Below are positions 61,625-64,000 of a stretch of DNA of 64,000 nucleotides, piece by piece. The stretch's first letter is position 1, and each line of letters opens with the position of its first letter. A program made the translations under genes and the position numbers. The notes under the pieces were generated by a model. It did not search any database, was not told the origin of the DNA, and saw only the letters and a program-made list of their open reading frames with translations. Source of the DNA: Xylographa opegraphella (taxonomy: Eukaryota); NCBI GenBank assembly GCA_022813865.1, contig JALDZX010000063.1:1-64000 (forward strand). The letters run 5' to 3'.

Positions 61625-64000
61625 CTATTTGACCTTCCGCACCTTATGCTCGCTTCCCTTCTTCGACTTGCTCTTGACCTTGTCCACCGGAGGTGCGACG
61701 GGTACGTCCTTGAGCTCGTTCTCTAGGAAGCCGACTATATAATGATCAACGCCTATGCCCTCTTTCTCGTTGAAAATCTCAGCCGCCATTGAGGTTGAGG
61801 GTTCGACAACACCCGCGTGAAGAGTCTCGTCGTCGACGAATACGGTCTCTATTGGCGGCATGTCATCGCCTGTAGGAGTTGAAAGGGAACCCGTGGCGCT
61901 TTCAGGGCGGCGTGTGGAAAGTGCACGAGAACCAGGTATTCTTGGTGTGCCGCGCCCACCGCTGGCAGTCTTCTCGTCAAAATCGACATCGTCCGATTGA
62001 GCCATCTCTTTCTCTGCGACCTTTGCGGCATCGGTGTCTTCTTTGTCCTCCACTTGGTCGAAGATCCTTGTAGACAACTTTCCATGACCTGGCCCCGCGC
62101 CCAGAACTCGATCCATGGCAGCACTTGCTTCAGCATCGCCTTCACCCAGGGACTCATCCTCGAGGACGTCTTTCATATTTGGCTTATTGAAGTAGTCTGT
62201 CGTGAAATCCCCCTCCTGGATAACCACATCGTCTAACATACGCTTCTGATTGGCTTTACGCAGGATGTTGGCTTCGATAGTGTGTTCACTGACAAAACGG
62301 TAGATGTGAACGTCTCGAGTTTGGCCAATTCGGTGGCAACGGTCTTGACATTGTTTGTCCATAGCAGGATTCCAATCCAAGTCGTAGAAGATGACTGTGT
62401 CGGCGCCTGTCAGATTGATACCGAGGCCACCAGATCTGGAGGACAAGATGAACACCAAAATACGGTCATCGTTGTTGAAGCGGTCCGTAAGGATCTGCCG
62501 TTGCTCTATTTTAGTTGCACCATCTAGACGAAGATATCGATGTCCGTGGATGTTGAGAAATTGCTCCAAGATGTCAAGAACCTTTGTCATCTGAGTGAAA
62601 ATCAGCGCCCGATGACCACCAGCTTGAAGAGTTCGTAGAAGTTTATCCAAGCGCTGCAGTTTGCCACAATCGTATTGAAGAAGACGCTTGTCGGGAAATG
62701 CGATCGAAAGCCGCATGCGTGCTTCGTGGAAAGCATCTTCGGGGCACATTTGCTTCGCTTCTTGGATAACCTCGATGCCGCGATGCGATAGAGCCAGTGA
62801 GTTGATTCCCGGGGCGACAACAGCAGGCGTAATGCATGCGAACTTCTGAACAATGTTTATCATCATTTCCGAACGTTGTGGCAGGGTGAGAACGATGTCT
62901 TCCATGACAGGTGAGATATCGGAATACCAGTCCAGGGGCTGCGCCTTGCGTTGTGGTGTTGGAGATGTCGGCAACTGCTTTACACCAATACGCAATCGTT
63001 CCATCAGACTATGGCTGTATAGTGGTCGCCGCTGGCTCTTTAGACTAGTTAGATATGCGCAATGTCGAAGGTCTTCGAGCGCAGAACTGCGCGCATTGTT
63101 TTCCATGAAAGCCAGAGTAGAGTCAACGGTCGTGCCATCCAGCTTCATATTAGGAAGTATCCGCCCGAATTGTTGGTTGACCAGCTGCCGTAACCGTCCA
63201 AGTGCCCCAAGTCTCGAATTTTGAATAGTATCAAGCGCGGAGACAGGTACATTAGCTCCAGGCAATAAATTAATAACATCTAGGTTGACTTCTTGCATAA
63301 TATCCCGTCGCAAGAGCCTTCGCCGGACAAGTAGTTCCTTAATCTCGAAGTCGGCCACAGCAGACTTTGGCATAGCAAATGAAGTCACGATCTGCCTTGT
63401 TTCGAAGAGATCAGGATGGTTGCAGACTTTCCGAAGCTGCATGAGGCAGTTGATTATTGACAAATAGTTGCCATGAGCGAGTGTCTCTCTTGTTTGCGTG
63501 CGAGACATGAAACCATCATACAGATATCGTTGGCGCTTTGATAGTTTACAATAAACGACATGCTCATACTTCCCTGGCATTTGTTTCTCCACATCGGCTT
63601 TGAGTCGACGAAGCAGAAATGGACGTAAGACCCCGTGCAAGCGATGGACAAGTTCTTTTGCTTCGTCATCCATAGTTTCTCTGCCTTGTTCAAGGATCTG
63701 GTCAACAGGCTTCTTAAACCAACTTGTGAAATCTTGCAACCCTGCAAAGCCGGCGATGCCCGTGTCAGTACTATCTGAGGGCATAAGAAAGAACAACAAG
63801 GACCATAGTTCGGTCAGATTGTTCTGTAACGGTGTGCCTGTCAAGAGCAGGCGACCTTGTGTACGGAAAGTAAGCAAAGTCTGCCAGCGCTGAGAACGAA
63901 AGTTCTTGATATTGTGTGCCTCGTCGAGTACTAGATAATGCCAAGCTCTTCTCTTGAAAGTCTGCTGGTCTTGTAGTACGAGCTGATAAGATGTGATGCA
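61625..64000 (-). CDS. SWR1: SWR1 chromatin-remodelling ATPase (H2A.Z deposition), 5' part outside window
   Basis: LDEAHNIKNFRSQRWQ, LLLTGTPLQNNLTELWSLL, split ATPase insertion, FPDKRLLQYDCGKLQ, ILSSRSGGLGINLTGADTVIFYD and QCQDRCHRIGQTRDV. Confidence 0.95.
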   Translation of the reverse strand, partial: CITSYQLVLQDQQTFKRRAWHYLVLDEAHNIKNFRSQRWQTLLTFRTQGRLLLTGTPLQNNLTELWSLLFFLMPSDSTDTGIAGFAGLQDFTSWFKKPVDQILEQGRETMDDEAKELVHRLHGVLRPFLLRRLKADVEKQMPGKYEHVVYCKLSKRQRYLYDGFMSRTQTRETLAHGNYLSIINCLMQLRKVCNHPDLFETRQIVTSFAMPKSAVADFEIKELLVRRRLLRRDIMQEVNLDVINLLPGANVPVSALDTIQNSRLGALGRLRQLVNQQFGRILPNMKLDGTTVDSTLAFMENNARSSALEDLRHCAYLTSLKSQRRPLYSHSLMERLRIGVKQLPTSPTPQRKAQPLDWYSDISPVMEDIVLTLPQRSEMMINIVQKFACITPAVVAPGINSLALSHRGIEVIQEAKQMCPEDAFHEARMRLSIAFPDKRLLQYDCGKLQRLDKLLRTLQAGGHRALIFTQMTKVLDILEQFLNIHGHRYLRLDGATKIEQRQILTDRFNNDDRILVFILSSRSGGLGINLTGADTVIFYDLDWNPAMDKQCQDRCHRIGQTRDVHIYRFVSEHTIEANILRKANQKRMLDDVVIQEGDFTTDYFNKPNMKDVLEDESLGEGDAEASAAMDRVLGAGPGHGKLSTRIFDQVEDKEDTDAAKVAEKEMAQSDDVDFDEKTASGGRGTPRIPGSRALSTRRPESATGSLSTPTGDDMPPIETVFVDDETLHAGVVEPSTSMAAEIFNEKEGIGVDHYIVGFLENELKDVPVAPPVDKVKSKSKKGSEHKVRKVK

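Overview
Gene-dense nuclear DNA from a filamentous ascomycete (Pezizomycotina), with short GT-AG introns and CTRAY branch points. About 20 protein genes were annotated by reading splice sites by hand. They encode: a Ser/Thr-rich secreted wall protein; an F-box-like protein; a TM9/EMP70 protein; a Bul1-like arrestin; a triple dsRBD-like protein; the SOM1/SomA LisH transcription factor; BET3 head-to-head with a U5-40K-like WD40 protein; a PPxY membrane protein; a HET-6-like protein; RRP7; a TDG/MUG glycosylase; a divergent noxD(pro41)-noxA NADPH oxidase pair; DSK2; a conserved hypothetical protein; a Nam8/Ngr1/Csx1-family RRM protein; Boi1/Pob1; an SP-RING protein; a DUF6594-like protein; and the 3' part of SWR1. 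The most striking structure is at the 3' end of the Nam8-family gene. Removing a 53-nt intron creates an immediate stop (AAG|TAA) and also reconstitutes a new GTAAGA donor. That donor can remove a second 501-nt intron and splice in frame to a 67-codon distal exon. This is a [D1,2] spliceosomal twin intron that would switch the C-terminus and may be autoregulated. Other points are micro-exons (9, 12 and 18 nt), GC-AG introns, C-to-G skew islands inside genes and a nested minisatellite at the left edge. All identifications come from motif recognition; no database search was run.
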